Part shown: positions 1-11,735 of the stretch, one piece after another | How the letters are laid out: every line of letters starts with the position of its first letter | How positions within the stretch are numbered: position 1 is the first letter of the stretch | Origin: an uncultured Verrucomicrobiae bacterium | GTDB lineage: Bacteria; Verrucomicrobiota; Verrucomicrobiia; Limisphaerales; Palsa-1400 | Assembly (NCBI GenBank): GCA_963702845.1 | Contig: OY969763.1 | Coordinates: 5,664,001 to 5,728,000, forward strand | Length of the DNA stretch: 64,000 bases | Reading direction: 5' to 3' | Program-made: the position numbers and the translations under genes | Notes under the pieces: generated by a model | The model's database searches: none | What the model saw: only the letters and a program-made list of their open reading frames with translations | What the model was told of the DNA's origin: nothing

Positions 1-3000
1 AACACAAACAATAACTATCAGGGGCAGACCCGAATCTCTGCTGGCGAAGTCCGATTGGGCACCAACCAGGTTCTGCCATCCACGACGACGATTAACATCA
101 ACGACAGCACCAGCTTGGCTGGCACAGGCAAGCTGAACTTATTCGGGTTTACCAATCGCGTTACGAAGGTCATCCTCGATAGCACAGGTGCTTCATCGGT
201 TATTGACTCCGGCGGCACCGGAGCGAGCCTGGGCCTATACGCGAACGAAGTTGAATTGCGGAACAGCACGGCTGCCCCGGCAGTCAGCGCGACTCTGGCG
301 GGTAGCGGCACATTGCGCAAGACGACCTCCGGCACGATCTTGATCAGCAGCACCAACACTTACACTGGTGACACTAGCATCGAGGCCGGAACTCTTGTCC
401 TGACGAACAACGGTACCATTTCCGGGTCGTTCAGCAACAGCGCGAATATCGCTATTTATGCTGGCGCAATCTTGAAGGCCACCAACCGCCTCGACGGAAA
501 ACTCACCGTCGAATCGGCGCAGAACTTGAACGGTAGCGGAACCGTCCACGGCCCTGTTGTCCTAAAGGGAAATGTTAAACCAGGAACCAACGGATATGTC
601 GGCACACTGAACGTTGTCGGCGACACGACGTGGAGCGGTGGCTCGAAATACACCTGGGACGTCAACCAGGCGGGCGGCACGGCGGGGACGGATCCCGGAT
701 GGGACCAGCTCAATATCACCGGCGGGTTGACCATTACAGCAAGTCAAGGCAGCCCGATGACTATTTACGTGACTTCGCGCACGCTTGCGGATGCGCTCGG
801 ATTGGTCTCTGATTTCAACAATGGCACTCAATACAGTTGGAGCATTGCCAAGACGACGACTGGTATCACCGGCTTCGATACCAACGCGTTTGTGATTGAT
901 TCCTCCGGCTTCAGCAACCCGCTGGATCCGTCCGGTGTATTCCGCGTTACGACCAATGTGACTGATATTCTCCTGGTCTATACGTTGAGAACTTCCCAGA
1001 GCATTACCTTCAATCCTCTGTCAAATCAGCTTTATGGCGACACGTTCAATCCGGGTGCGACGGCGTCGTCCGGCCTGCCTGTGACTTACTCAATTGTGTC
1101 CGGGCCGGCATCAGTTTCAGGAAACAACGTGACGGTAACGGGCGTGGGCAGTATTACGGTCAGGGCTTCGCAAGCAGGCAACTCTACATATGCGGCTGCG
1201 GCAAACGTTGACCAAACCTTCACTGGTTTGGCTGCACCGCTGACTGTCAGCGCTGCCGCTGTTTCGCGTGCTTACGGTTCGGCCAACCCATCGTTCACGG
1301 CCACCTATACTGGCTTCAAATTGAGCGAGACATTGGGAACAAGTGATGTGACTGGTGCTCCGACATTGGGAACGTCGGCGACTTCCAGCAGTGTGCCGGG
1401 CAACTATCCGGTTACAGTCAGCGCCGGAAGCCTGAGCTCATCCCATTATGCGTTGAGTTACAGCGCTGGAACATTGACCGTCACCCAAGCGGTGTTGACG
1501 GTTACGGCGGATAACCAGACCCGGTCATATAACACAGCCAATCCGACATTTACTTATACGATCATAGGATACGTACTTGGCCAGAACGCCGGTGTCGTCA
1601 GCGGCACGCCAACCCTTAGTACGCCGGCGACCATCGGCAGCAACCCTGGGCAATATTCGATTACAGTCACTCAAAACACCCTGTCGGCGGCCAATTACAC
1701 ATTTGCATTTGTTAGCGGAACACTAACCGTGCAGGGTTTCCCGCTGACTGTGACGGTAGTGAACACCAACCGCGCCTATGGCGATACCAACCCCACATTC
1801 ACGGTCACATACAGTGGTTTCGTTGAGAGCGATAACGCAAGCGTGGTCAGCGGATCGCCGGCGTTTACAACAACGGCCACGAACACAAGCACCGTTGCTG
1901 GCAGCCCCTACACGGTTTCCGCGTCGGTGGGGACACTGACGGCAGCCCGTTATTCGTTTACAACTTTTGTGGATGGACAATTGACCATTACCAAGCGGCC
2001 GTTGACCATTACGGCCAATAACACCTCAAGAGCCTACGGCGCTACGGATCCGACCTTCAGCGCGAGCTATTCCGGTTTTGTTAATAGCGACAATTCGTCT
2101 GTGGTTCAGGGTGCGCCGCAATTTTCGGCAACGGCCACGGCGACCAGCACCGTCGCGGGTGGTCCCTATGCGATCACACCGTCGCTGGGAACTCTTAACG
2201 CGGACAACTATTCGTTCGGCAGCTTTGTTAATGGGCAGTTGTCGATCACTCAAGCTCCGTTAAGCGTGACGGCTGACAACAAGCTGCGTGTGGTTGGAGT
2301 AGGTAATCCGACGTTCACCGGCGTTATCTCTGGTACTCTAAACGGCGATAGTTTTAGCGCTACCTACAGCACGCCTGCCGACGTAAACAGCCCTATCGGC
2401 ACCTACGCGATTATTCCGGCTTTGGTGGATCCCGACAGCAAAGCTGGCAACTACAACGTCGCCTTGAACAACGGAACGCTGACGGTTACGAATGACCCGG
2501 CGATCACCGGTCAACCGACCAGTCGCACGAATGTCGCTGGCACGACTGCGACTTTCACCGTGATCGCAATCACCGCGACCACAGTACAATACCAATGGCA
2601 GAAAGGCGGCGTGAACCTCGCTAACGGGACGGATTCAGTGTTGACGCTCGCCAACGTTTCTCAGACTGATGCCGCCTCTTACTCGGTTATTGTCAGCAAC
2701 CTGGCCGGTTCAGTCACCAGTTCATCTGCCAAACTGACGGTGATTGATCCGATAATCATCACGTCAGGCCCAGCCAATACAACCGTGCCCTACAACACTC
2801 CCGCAACGTTCACGGTCCAGGTTACTGGCACGTCGCCCAAATATCAGTGGCGCAAAGACGGAAACAACCTGGTCAACGGTGGCAATATCGCTGGAGCAAC
2901 CACAGCCACCTTGAGTCTTACCAACGCAACGTCGGCGGACCTCGGTAACTACAGTGTGGTAGTGACCAATCTAGCCGGCGCGGTAACGAGTGGAACGGCT

Positions 3001-6000
3001 GCCCTCAGTCTGTCTGATCCTGGCATCGTCACGCAACCAGCTAGCCGCACCAACAATGTTGGCGATAACGCGTTCTTTTCAGTCAGTGCCGGAGGGGCCA
3101 CGGCTCTGGGTTACCAATGGAAATTCAACGGCAACAACATCGCTGATGCCACAAATTCTGCTCTTAATATAGCTGTGAGTGACAGCAGTAACGCGGGATC
3201 GTATTCGGTTGTGGTCACTGACGGCAACGGCAGCGCCACCAGTTCGGACGCGTTGCTTTCGGTGTTTTTCCCGACTCGGACAAAAATCGCGCAATTTAAT
3301 TTCAATAGCACGTCACCGGACGGCAACGTAGCAACCGGTGCGACGACTCCTTCGATTGGCTCATTCACGCAGACGATTGTCGGAACAGCCACCGCCAATG
3401 GTTTTAACACGGGGTCGACGTCGGATCCGAATATCTCAGACAATTCAAGCCGTCGCTGGAATGGTTTTCCGGCAACTGCGCCGAATAAGACGACCGGCTT
3501 GAAGTACGCGATCAACACGATGGGCTATAAGAACATTGCGTTCACCTGCGAATTATGGGTGACGACGCGTAGCTCGGCTTATTGGCGCGCCCAATGCAGC
3601 GTTGACAATGGGACCAATTGGATCGATCGCGGAGTCATTAACAGATTAAATGCCGGTGGCTTCGTCTATTTCGGCGACGATTTGACTTCGGTCTCCGGGG
3701 CACCAAACAATACGAACCTCCTCTACCAGATCGTGGCGGAGTATGAATCCACCGCTACCGGGAGTGGCACAAATGCTTATGTGTCAGTTGACCCGACCTC
3801 AACGTTCACCCCCACCAGCTCTCTGTTCGGTATGGACCTGCCGACGTTCTTGGCAGACGTCTATTCCCCGCCGGTCGTGCAGTCCTCGCCGACGAGTCAG
3901 ACCGTGACCGCCGGCGACACTGCGATTTTCAGTGCATCCGCTTCGGGCCTCGGAGTTACGGTTGTCTGGAAGAAAGATGGTAATAGCATCGGCACCGGAT
4001 CGGTATCGACGTCGGGCGGTGTGACCACCGCTACGTTGACCCTCGAGAATGTTCACGTTGGCGACGCGGGTGCTTACCTGGCGAGCTTCAGCAATTCAGA
4101 TGCTTCCGGCGTTAACAGCAGTTCGGCCACGCTCACCATCACGCCAGCGTCGCTCACGATCACTTCGGACAGCACGGGCAAAGTTTATGGCGATGCCAAT
4201 CCTACCTTCACCGGCAGTGTTTTGGGTCTGCTTTCTGGAGACAGCATTTCAGTGTCTTACGTAACTGTGGCGGATGCCTCCACTGCGGTTGGCTCGTACA
4301 GACATCACCCAAACGATCGACGACCCCAATGGAGTTTTAGCCAACTACTCGGTAACGACGAACAATGGGTCGCTTACCATTACTTCGGCTCCTCTGTCGG
4401 TCACCGCTGACAGCAAAATTAAAGCAACGGGCGCGCCGAATCCATCGCTCACCGGCACCGTCCAAGGGCTTAGAAACGGTGACAATATCACAGGTGCGTT
4501 TACGACCTCGGCAACCGACGCAAGCCCGGCAGGAGATTACACGATTGCGGCGGGGATCAATGATCCCGATGGGAAAGCAATCAATTACAACATCGCATAT
4601 CACAACGGAACTTTGTCCGTTGTTGATGTGCCGGCCATTACTGACCAGCCTGCAAGCCTCACAAAGGACTCCGGAGACAACGCTGTTTTCACCGTCACCG
4701 CTTCCGGCGCATCACTGGCTTATCAGTGGTATAAAGACAATGCGCCGGTCGGCAATACCGGAGAATTCTCGGGCGCACTCAGCAGCAGCTTGACGATTAC
4801 TTCTGCTACGGTGGCTGACGCAGGAAGTTACTACGTGGTCATTACAAATGCGGTGGGCGGCGTTACGAGTTCGAATGCGACCCTGACCGTCCAGTCTGCT
4901 CCCGGTCTTGCTGTGCAACCGCTGTCATCCACGAACAATGCCGGCACAGCCAAAGTGTTCAGTGTCAGCGCGACTGGTGCCGGGCCATTGATATATACCT
5001 GGTATCGCGGCGCGTCGCCCTTGAGTGATGGCGCGGATATTACCGGCTCGGCGTCGGCAAACCTGACTATTGGCAATTTGCAGCGCAGCAGTTCGGGCGA
5101 TTACTCTGTCGTCGTCACCAACGATTTCGGGTCGGTAACCAGCGAAACGGCGACGCTTACGGTAATTGATCCTGCGATTCTAAGCGATCCCGCCAGCACA
5201 TCGCTTATCGGCGGGCAAACCACCGTGCTTAGCGTGACGGCGGCAGGGACTCCTACGCTTCGTTACCAGTGGTATCAGAGCAATATCGTCGCGCACACCG
5301 TGGCCAAGCTTACGGGCAAAACAGCGGCGTCTCTGACTATTGGGCCCGCGACTGACGCTACTGCAGGCGGCTACTACTGTATCGTCACAAACCAGCTTTC
5401 CGCGCCGAATAGCGCCACCAGTGCGGTTGCATTGGTCGTTGTTTATACAACCGCTGAACTCATCATCAATACAGACTTGGGCACCGGCACTGGCGTCACC
5501 GCGCACGTCGGTTCCACGAAGTACGGAACGGTCGCCAATCACGCGATCTTGCAGCGTGGCCGAACCTATACCGTCAAGGCGACCCCTGCCAGCAACTGTA
5601 TTTTCAGCAACTGGACCGATGGCAATGGAAACGTTCTCACCAACAGCAGCATGTTGAAAAACTTTGTCATGCAATCGAACCTGGTGCTTAACGCAAACTT
5701 CATGACGAATGCTGCTCTCGCAGCAGGTGTCGAGGGCAAATACAACGGGCTCTTCTATGAAACGGTTAGCAGTCAGCCTGATATTAAAGTTGAATCTGCA
5801 GGTTTGTTGACCGGGTTGAGCGTCAAATCGAAAGCGCAAAAAGGGCCGAATAGCACAACCGTCGGTTATGGCCCGGTGAGCGGAAAGATATTTGTTGATG
5901 GAGGGACCAAGCCATTGGCCGGCATATTTGACCTGAACGGGAATTTGAAGAAAAACGTGAAGCTAGAGCCGGTCATCATCTCGCGCTCAAAGTTGGGCAA

Positions 6001-6823
6001 GCCGGACCTGGCGGTGACTTTGCACATGGATTTGGACGGAGGAACCCGGCAAGTCACCGGCACGATCTCAAATATGACCGCAGGCGGTTGGGTTGCAGAT
6101 GTGCGCGCCGATCTCGCGGTAAGTGCCGGTCTCGCCCAGTACACGATGGCAATAGACCACGGGACTAACACCACCGATTTCCCTGGAGGCTTTGGCTTTG
6201 CTACTCTCAGCGGCAAAGCATCGGGCCTGTTTACGCTCGGTGGCAAAGTTGCAGATGGCCAACCGATTTCGCAATCCGTCGCTCCTGACGTCCACGGTAA
6301 ATTGCCGCTCTACGTCAAACTGTATAACGGCGGCGGGCTGTTGCTCGGCTGGATCGACATGAACGGCGGCGCTCCCGCGGGCGATCTGACCTGGATTAAG
6401 CCGGGCGGTTGGTCGAGTCCGCACAACATCAACTACACAACTGGATTCACCAACACGTTCGCCATTTCTGGCTCGGTTTACAATCCACCTGCGGTAGGAA
6501 CTCGCATCTTGACCAGCGATTCCAATAGCTATGTCGTTACTGCAAGTGACATTGGCAGTGGCACAGAGACGAGCCTCTCCTGGATCGTGAACCTGACCAC
6601 AGCAAACAAGTTTGTCATTCTGCCGGGCAGCGCGACGAACGCTTTGAGCCTGACCGTCAAAGCGCCCACTGGCGAAATCGGCATGAAATTCCGGCCCACA
6701 GCGGCGGGTACCCATAGTGACAAAGTTGTCGACGGCGTCGTGCTGCAGGGAACCACCAATATGTTTGGTGCATTCCAGAATACTGGAACGATTGGCGGCG
6801 TGACCGTCCAACCGGCGCCATAA
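1..6823 (+). CDS. Giant secreted/surface protein A (5'-truncated): autotransporter-associated beta-strand repeats, MBG-type repeats, Ig-like domains, InlB-B-like repeat and a conserved C-terminal beta domain; one +1 frameshift at ~4300
   Basis: Frame 1 is open from base 1 (NTNNNYQGQTRISAGEVRLG...). Contains GSGTLRKTTSGTILISSTNTYTGDTSIEAGTL, repeated LTVTAD/N..R.YG..NP.FT..Y.GF (MBG-like) and YQW.K.G...D.G.YSVVV.N..G (Ig-like). ORFs 55-4410 and 4274-6823 join if one A at ~4300 is removed (GSY-DITQTIDDPNG). Confidence 0.85.
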
Positions 6824-6918
6824 CGAGCAATTTGGCAACTGCAGGTGAATTAACGTTGGTCTGGATCGGATCGACATTGGGTTGTCACCTCAGTTGCCTT
6901 TTTTTCGTCCAATCCAGA

Positions 6919-8715
6919 GTGGAAAATGTGCTGACCGATTTGCTGGAGTTTTCTCGAAACCGCAACGCGGTTCGAATTTGTCTCGCGTTGTTTTTGCTGT
7001 GCACTGGCCATGCGGCGGCAGCGAGCCGACCGAATATCGTTGTTATTCTTGCCGACGACCAGGGATGGGGTGATCTGAGCGTTTCCGGCAACACTAATCT
7101 CCACACGCCGAACGTCGACGCGTTTGCGAAACAAAGTGCGTCGTTCGATCGTTTCTACGTGTGTCCCCTCTGTTCACCCACTCGCGCGGAGTTTCTCACC
7201 GGCCGATATCATCCACGCGGCGGTGTACGCGGTGTTTCGACAGGACAAGAACGGTTGAATCTCGACGAGAAAACAATTGCCGACGCCTTCGAGGCCGCGG
7301 GTTACGCGACCGGAGCATTCGGCAAATGGCACAATGGCAGCCAATGGCCGTATCATCCCAACGCGCGCGGTTTCGATGAGTTCTTCGGCTTCACGTCCGG
7401 TCATTGGGGCGAGTATTTTGATCCGCCGCTCGATCACAACGGCCAACTGGTTCGCGCAAAAGGTTACGTTGCGGATGTTTTCACCGATCATGCGATCGAC
7501 TTCATTGAGAAAAATAAAGAGCGGCCGTTCTTTTGTTATCTTCCATTCAACACGCCGCATTCGCCTTTTGCCGTGCCGCCGGAATATTGGGAACGGTTCA
7601 AAAATGAACCGATCGCGATGCGTGCGCGAGCCGGTGATTCCGAGAACATCAACCAAACGCGGTGCGTGCTGGCCATGTGCGAAAACATCGATTGGAACGT
7701 CGGCCGCGTGTTGGGCAAACTCGACGAACTGAAGCTGGCCGAAAATACGATCGTGATTTATTTCTCCGACAACGGGCCGGCCGGATATCGTTGGAACGGC
7801 GATATGAAAGGCAGGAAAGGGCTCACTGATGAAGGCGGCGTCCGCGCTCCGTTCTTCATCCGTTGGCCGGGAAAAATCATACCCGCGACGGTGCGCGAAA
7901 TCGCAGGAGCGATCGACCTGTTGCCCACGCTCACTTCGATGGCGGGAATTAGCCGGGTTGGCGACAAAAAATTGGATGGAAAGGATCTGTCGCAGCTACT
8001 TGAGGGCCGCGCGGCCAACTGGCCCGACCGACTGATTTTTTCCTGCCGCAATGAAAAAGTCAGTGTTCGCTCGCAACAATATCGTCTCGATAGCGCCGGC
8101 GCGTTGTTCGACATGGCGGCCGATCCCGGCCAGCGCGTAGATTTGGCGCATGAGAAGCCCGAACTTGCCGCGAAGCTTTCTCGCGCAGTGGCTGATTGGC
8201 GCAAGGAAGTTTTTGCAACGCCGTCTTACGCCGTGGATGACCGTCCGTATCCGGTTGGTTACGCGGTGTTCCCGCGCACGCCGCTGCCTGCCCGGGATGG
8301 CGTGCCGCATGGTGGAATCAAACGCAGCGCGAACGCGCCGAATTGCTCATATTTCGTCAACTGGACCAGCCCGGAAGATGCGATGACGTGGGACATCGAC
8401 GTGGCCACTGCCGGCGATTATTTCGTCGAGATTCAATATACGTGCCCGATGGCCGACGCTGGTTCCACTGTTCAGCTCGGTTTCAGGGATAGCAAGCTCA
8501 CGGGTAAAGTCACTCCCGGTTGGGACCCGCAGCTTTATACCAATCAGGACACGATCGAGCGAGTTGGTGAATCGCGGATGAAAGAGTTTCATCCACTGAA
8601 CCTCGGAATCATTCATCTGGAAAAAGGCCGTGGTCTGCTGGCGTTGCGCGCACTGGACATCCCAGGCAAAACGGTGATGGACATGCGTCAGATTAATTTG
8701 ACGCTGAAAAAGTGA
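6919..8715 (+). CDS. Formylglycine-dependent arylsulfatase (S1 family) with C-terminal beta-sandwich extension
   Basis: PNIVVILADDQG, CSPTRAEFLTG (CxPxR), GKWH, SDNG motifs; signal-peptide-like N-terminus. Start uncertain (GTG 6919 or 6928; ORF open from 6832). Confidence 0.9.
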   Translation: MENVLTDLLEFSRNRNAVRICLALFLLCTGHAAAASRPNIVVILADDQGWGDLSVSGNTNLHTPNVDAFAKQSASFDRFYVCPLCSPTRAEFLTGRYHPRGGVRGVSTGQERLNLDEKTIADAFEAAGYATGAFGKWHNGSQWPYHPNARGFDEFFGFTSGHWGEYFDPPLDHNGQLVRAKGYVADVFTDHAIDFIEKNKERPFFCYLPFNTPHSPFAVPPEYWERFKNEPIAMRARAGDSENINQTRCVLAMCENIDWNVGRVLGKLDELKLAENTIVIYFSDNGPAGYRWNGDMKGRKGLTDEGGVRAPFFIRWPGKIIPATVREIAGAIDLLPTLTSMAGISRVGDKKLDGKDLSQLLEGRAANWPDRLIFSCRNEKVSVRSQQYRLDSAGALFDMAADPGQRVDLAHEKPELAAKLSRAVADWRKEVFATPSYAVDDRPYPVGYAVFPRTPLPARDGVPHGGIKRSANAPNCSYFVNWTSPEDAMTWDIDVATAGDYFVEIQYTCPMADAGSTVQLGFRDSKLTGKVTPGWDPQLYTNQDTIERVGESRMKEFHPLNLGIIHLEKGRGLLALRALDIPGKTVMDMRQINLTLKK

Positions 8716-8720
8716 GTTGG

Positions 8721-9722
8721 TTAGATCGTCTTCACTTTGCCCGCATGCGTTCTGCGGAAAGCATGAAGGCAATCGCCCGTCGAACTGATATATTGCACGT
8801 CGATGTTGTCGCGAGTGACGTGCAGGTGGACAAATCCAAATAGCTTTTCGGCAAAACCACGGCCCGGGCGTTTAATCGCGTATAGTCCGGCGCCACCTCC
8901 GCCGGAGACGACGAAGCTGGTGTTGTAACCTTCCACTTCGAGATGTTGTAGGTTGTGATCGTGGCCTGCCACGAAAAGGGAGATGTTGTTGGCTTTCAAA
9001 AGCGGGCCCCATTCGGCAATGAGACGTTTGCTGTCGCCCTTAGTCCCTGCGCTGAACATCGGATAATGGCTGATGACCCAACGCCATGGGGCGCGCGTTT
9101 CTTTTTTAAGCTCTGCTTCGAGGAAACGTTTCTGCTCAATTTTTTCCTGTGGCGTCAATGCGCCTTCGAACATATTCGCATCGAGGAAAATAATTTTGAG
9201 GATGGGATTTTGTGAGTCGGGAAATTCCACCGCATACCATTTGGCCGGCATCTTCCAGCGTGAAGATGGATTGCTCTTGGCGTAGTCCAGTTGCATCTGC
9301 GCTTTGGCTGGTCCTTGTTTGGCGTCGTAAGATGGGCCGTAATCGTGATTGCCCAAACAGGCGTAAAATGGGCAGGCCAGATGTTCTTTGGAGTACATGG
9401 CCTCGAACCCCGGGAGAAAGCGTTTCGGGGTCATTTTGCCGTAGAAGTTGTCGCCCAAAGCAAACACCGCGGTCGGCGGGTGCTTCAATTTTTTTGCGAC
9501 TTCCGCCATGGCATAAGCCACGGCGCGCTGGTTGACATTTCCAGTGCCAAAGTCTCCGAGCGCGAGGAAATCCAGTCCACCATCGGCAAATTCAGTTGAG
9601 GGAGGTTGTGCGGCAAGTTTCCAGGCGCCTGTCATTGTCAACAAACTGCTGCTGAAAAAAATCGTCTTCTTGACCGCTTCACGGCGACTGATGTAACTGT
9701 CGTTGGGCGGCGTTGGTTTCAT
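8721..9722 (-). CDS. Tat-exported metallophosphoesterase, purple/tartrate-resistant acid phosphatase-like
   Basis: SRREAVK twin-arginine leader; GDFG, GDNFY, GNHD and GHDH calcineurin-like motifs. Confidence 0.88.
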   Translation of the reverse strand: MKPTPPNDSYISRREAVKKTIFFSSSLLTMTGAWKLAAQPPSTEFADGGLDFLALGDFGTGNVNQRAVAYAMAEVAKKLKHPPTAVFALGDNFYGKMTPKRFLPGFEAMYSKEHLACPFYACLGNHDYGPSYDAKQGPAKAQMQLDYAKSNPSSRWKMPAKWYAVEFPDSQNPILKIIFLDANMFEGALTPQEKIEQKRFLEAELKKETRAPWRWVISHYPMFSAGTKGDSKRLIAEWGPLLKANNISLFVAGHDHNLQHLEVEGYNTSFVVSGGGGAGLYAIKRPGRGFAEKLFGFVHLHVTRDNIDVQYISSTGDCLHAFRRTHAGKVKTI

Positions 9723-9773
9723 AGCTTTGCTTACACGAACGAATTACAACATCGGTCCGCCGTCGTGCATAGT

Positions 9774-11045
9774 TCATTTTGCCGCACGCTTGCCGAGAAC
9801 CGCCGAGGCCGGTTCACGCACAACTATCAAAGAGTCAGCGCGTGTGCGTTCCCTGCCGCCGGGGATCGAATTGCATATCTTGCCCTGCTTCCAGAAAGTC
9901 GACGAGCCGCCGCCGTCCATATTCATCGCCTCGCGGCAGCCGAGGGTGGCCATAAACTCGGCCAACTCACGGGAATTCATCCCCATCGAGAGGTGTTTTT
10001 GTCTTCCGTCCACCACGACCATGAAGAAATAGCGATCGTTGAAGCCAATGGCCGTACGCGGATTCCGGTGCTGAATGACCGCGCCTGCGTCAAATGTCTC
10101 CAGCGGTTTGCCGTCGCTCACCACCGGGAACACGCCGTGGCACGCGGTGACCACGTTTTGCAGTGACGGAGAGGTCGATAGTTCGATTTGAATGGCGTCG
10201 CCGGCGTGAATGGCGCTTGCTTTGGGAGCCGCTTGCGCGCTGAAGCTCAGAACACAAACGGTGTTCGACAAACCTGAATTGCCCGCAGGATTGATGGCTT
10301 TGACTTGCATGACGCGGGTTTCGCCAACGCGCCAGGACAAACTCGAGTGCGCTGCGCTTTCAAGAACCAGTTCCAGATGATTTGTAGCGCGCGTTTGCTT
10401 GCCCAGCGTATGTGTGAAAAGCACGACCTCGCCCGCGAAACATTCGCGATTCAAGCCAATGGCCACTTTCTCGCCGCCCGGCAATTTTGCGTTGTAGGAC
10501 GATTTAATGTCGCCGATGTGCATCGACCTGTCCTCGTTGACCCAAAAACTGAACTTCGATGGAGCGCCGACGACTTCACCATCGACGATTACCATAGCCT
10601 CATGCGCGTCTTTGCCGATGCCGCGTGGCGCACCCATGTATGGGTTGGCGGTGCGAATGCAAAATCCCGCGTTGATTGCGACCAATGGCTCGCCCCTGGA
10701 TTTCGGAAATGAGCTCGCAATGGCGGATACAGGCGCCACGCCGAAAATTTCATTGTGCGCGAGATTCTCCGCAAGTCGTAATTCCTTGTGTGTGCGGTCG
10801 AGGCGCGCGATGTGAATCGACCACGGGTCGCCGCTGTTCCAGTTCGACATTTGCAAAGTAGCGTAATCGAGCCCGGGAACAACGGCCGTGTAATTCAGAG
10901 CCAGATTGTGTTTTGTCGCAGCCGATGCGACGTCGGCCCTACCAGCCAATAAAATGATGAGAAGGTATCCAACCGCCCTAGCCCAAGACCCGGTGGCCGA
11001 GGAGAATCCGTCAGGGCGCCGGCCAATTCGAAAGACAAGCTTCAT
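9774..11045 (-). CDS. Phosphodiester glycosidase family protein (NAGPA/DUF2233-like)
   Basis: AINAGF, NPRTAIG, VVVDGR, MNMDGGGSS motifs. Probable start MKLVFR at 11045, followed by a hydrophobic segment; the ORF extension to 11399 runs through intergenic repeats. Confidence 0.85.
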   Translation of the reverse strand: MKLVFRIGRRPDGFSSATGSWARAVGYLLIILLAGRADVASAATKHNLALNYTAVVPGLDYATLQMSNWNSGDPWSIHIARLDRTHKELRLAENLAHNEIFGVAPVSAIASSFPKSRGEPLVAINAGFCIRTANPYMGAPRGIGKDAHEAMVIVDGEVVGAPSKFSFWVNEDRSMHIGDIKSSYNAKLPGGEKVAIGLNRECFAGEVVLFTHTLGKQTRATNHLELVLESAAHSSLSWRVGETRVMQVKAINPAGNSGLSNTVCVLSFSAQAAPKASAIHAGDAIQIELSTSPSLQNVVTACHGVFPVVSDGKPLETFDAGAVIQHRNPRTAIGFNDRYFFMVVVDGRQKHLSMGMNSRELAEFMATLGCREAMNMDGGGSSTFWKQGKICNSIPGGRERTRADSLIVVREPASAVLGKRAAK

Positions 11046-11083
11046 TACGTGGACAGTTTGGCTTTTACACAGTGACAGGTCTA

Positions 11084-11099
11084 TCGTCCAAAAGAGTGA
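11084..11099 (-). promoter_or_regulatory. Degenerate copy of the 7-2-7 palindrome (minus strand TCACTCT-TT-TGGACGA)
   Basis: Partial match to consensus; -10-like CAAACT 23 bp downstream (11060-11055), ahead of ATG 11045. Confidence 0.4.
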
Positions 11100-11353
11100 T
11101 GACATTTCCATAGGCCTGTTTTTCGTTGTCGTGTTGCGGGTCGCGAAGTGCCTGAGCGGGCTGACTTTGCCGTGGTGTCGACGGGCTGTCTCCGGGCAAG
11201 GCAGTGCTGCTTCACAATTTGGGTGAAGCGGGACGATGGTATCGGTTTGTGGTCCTGTGCTCATGATTTGGTTCCTGTCATTTTGGTGCGAATTACCGCT
11301 AATTCGGCAGACGATCCGTTTTTTGCGTAAAGGGTGTTCATTTTTTATTTTGG

Positions 11354-11404
11354 TGCAAACCGCTGCAAGCGAGTGCAAACCACTGCAAATGGGCTGCAAA
11401 AACC
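11354..11404. repeat. 10-bp-period tandem array (TGCAA core x5)
   Basis: TGCAA at 11354, 11364, 11374, 11384 and 11395; T-tracts on both sides. Confidence 0.75.
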
Positions 11405-11506
11405 TTTTTTACATTTACGATGAGCGTTATTGCCCAGCGGTTCCGCCGTCGCCGAGGCTATGCGGACGGGTGGATTAGGTCAGGGAGTAGCTACTCGTCA
11501 AAAAAT

Positions 11507-11533
11507 GTAGGGAAAGGAGGGAAGTCAGGGAAA
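11507..11533. repeat. 9-bp-period array (AGGGAA x3)
   Basis: AGGGAA at 11509, 11518 and 11527. Confidence 0.55.
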
Positions 11534-11735
11534 GAAATGGCACTTTTTTGTGACGAAAACGTGCGTTGTTACGCGGTTGGCATGAAAGTTGAGGGGGTGT
11601 TCAACGCGAAGGCGCGAAGAAACAATGGCGCAGAAAGTAAACTCAAAATCAATACGCGAACGGCCTGCGTCCAGCCCAGCTCACAGAACACACAGATCAC
11701 AAAGAGAGATGGGGATTCATAAAATCACGCCAGCC

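Noticed and set aside
11046..11399. N-terminal extension of the phosphodiester glycosidase ORF
   Set aside because: It runs through a repeat array and has non-protein-like composition; a signal-bearing start and a promoter-like motif fit ATG 11045.
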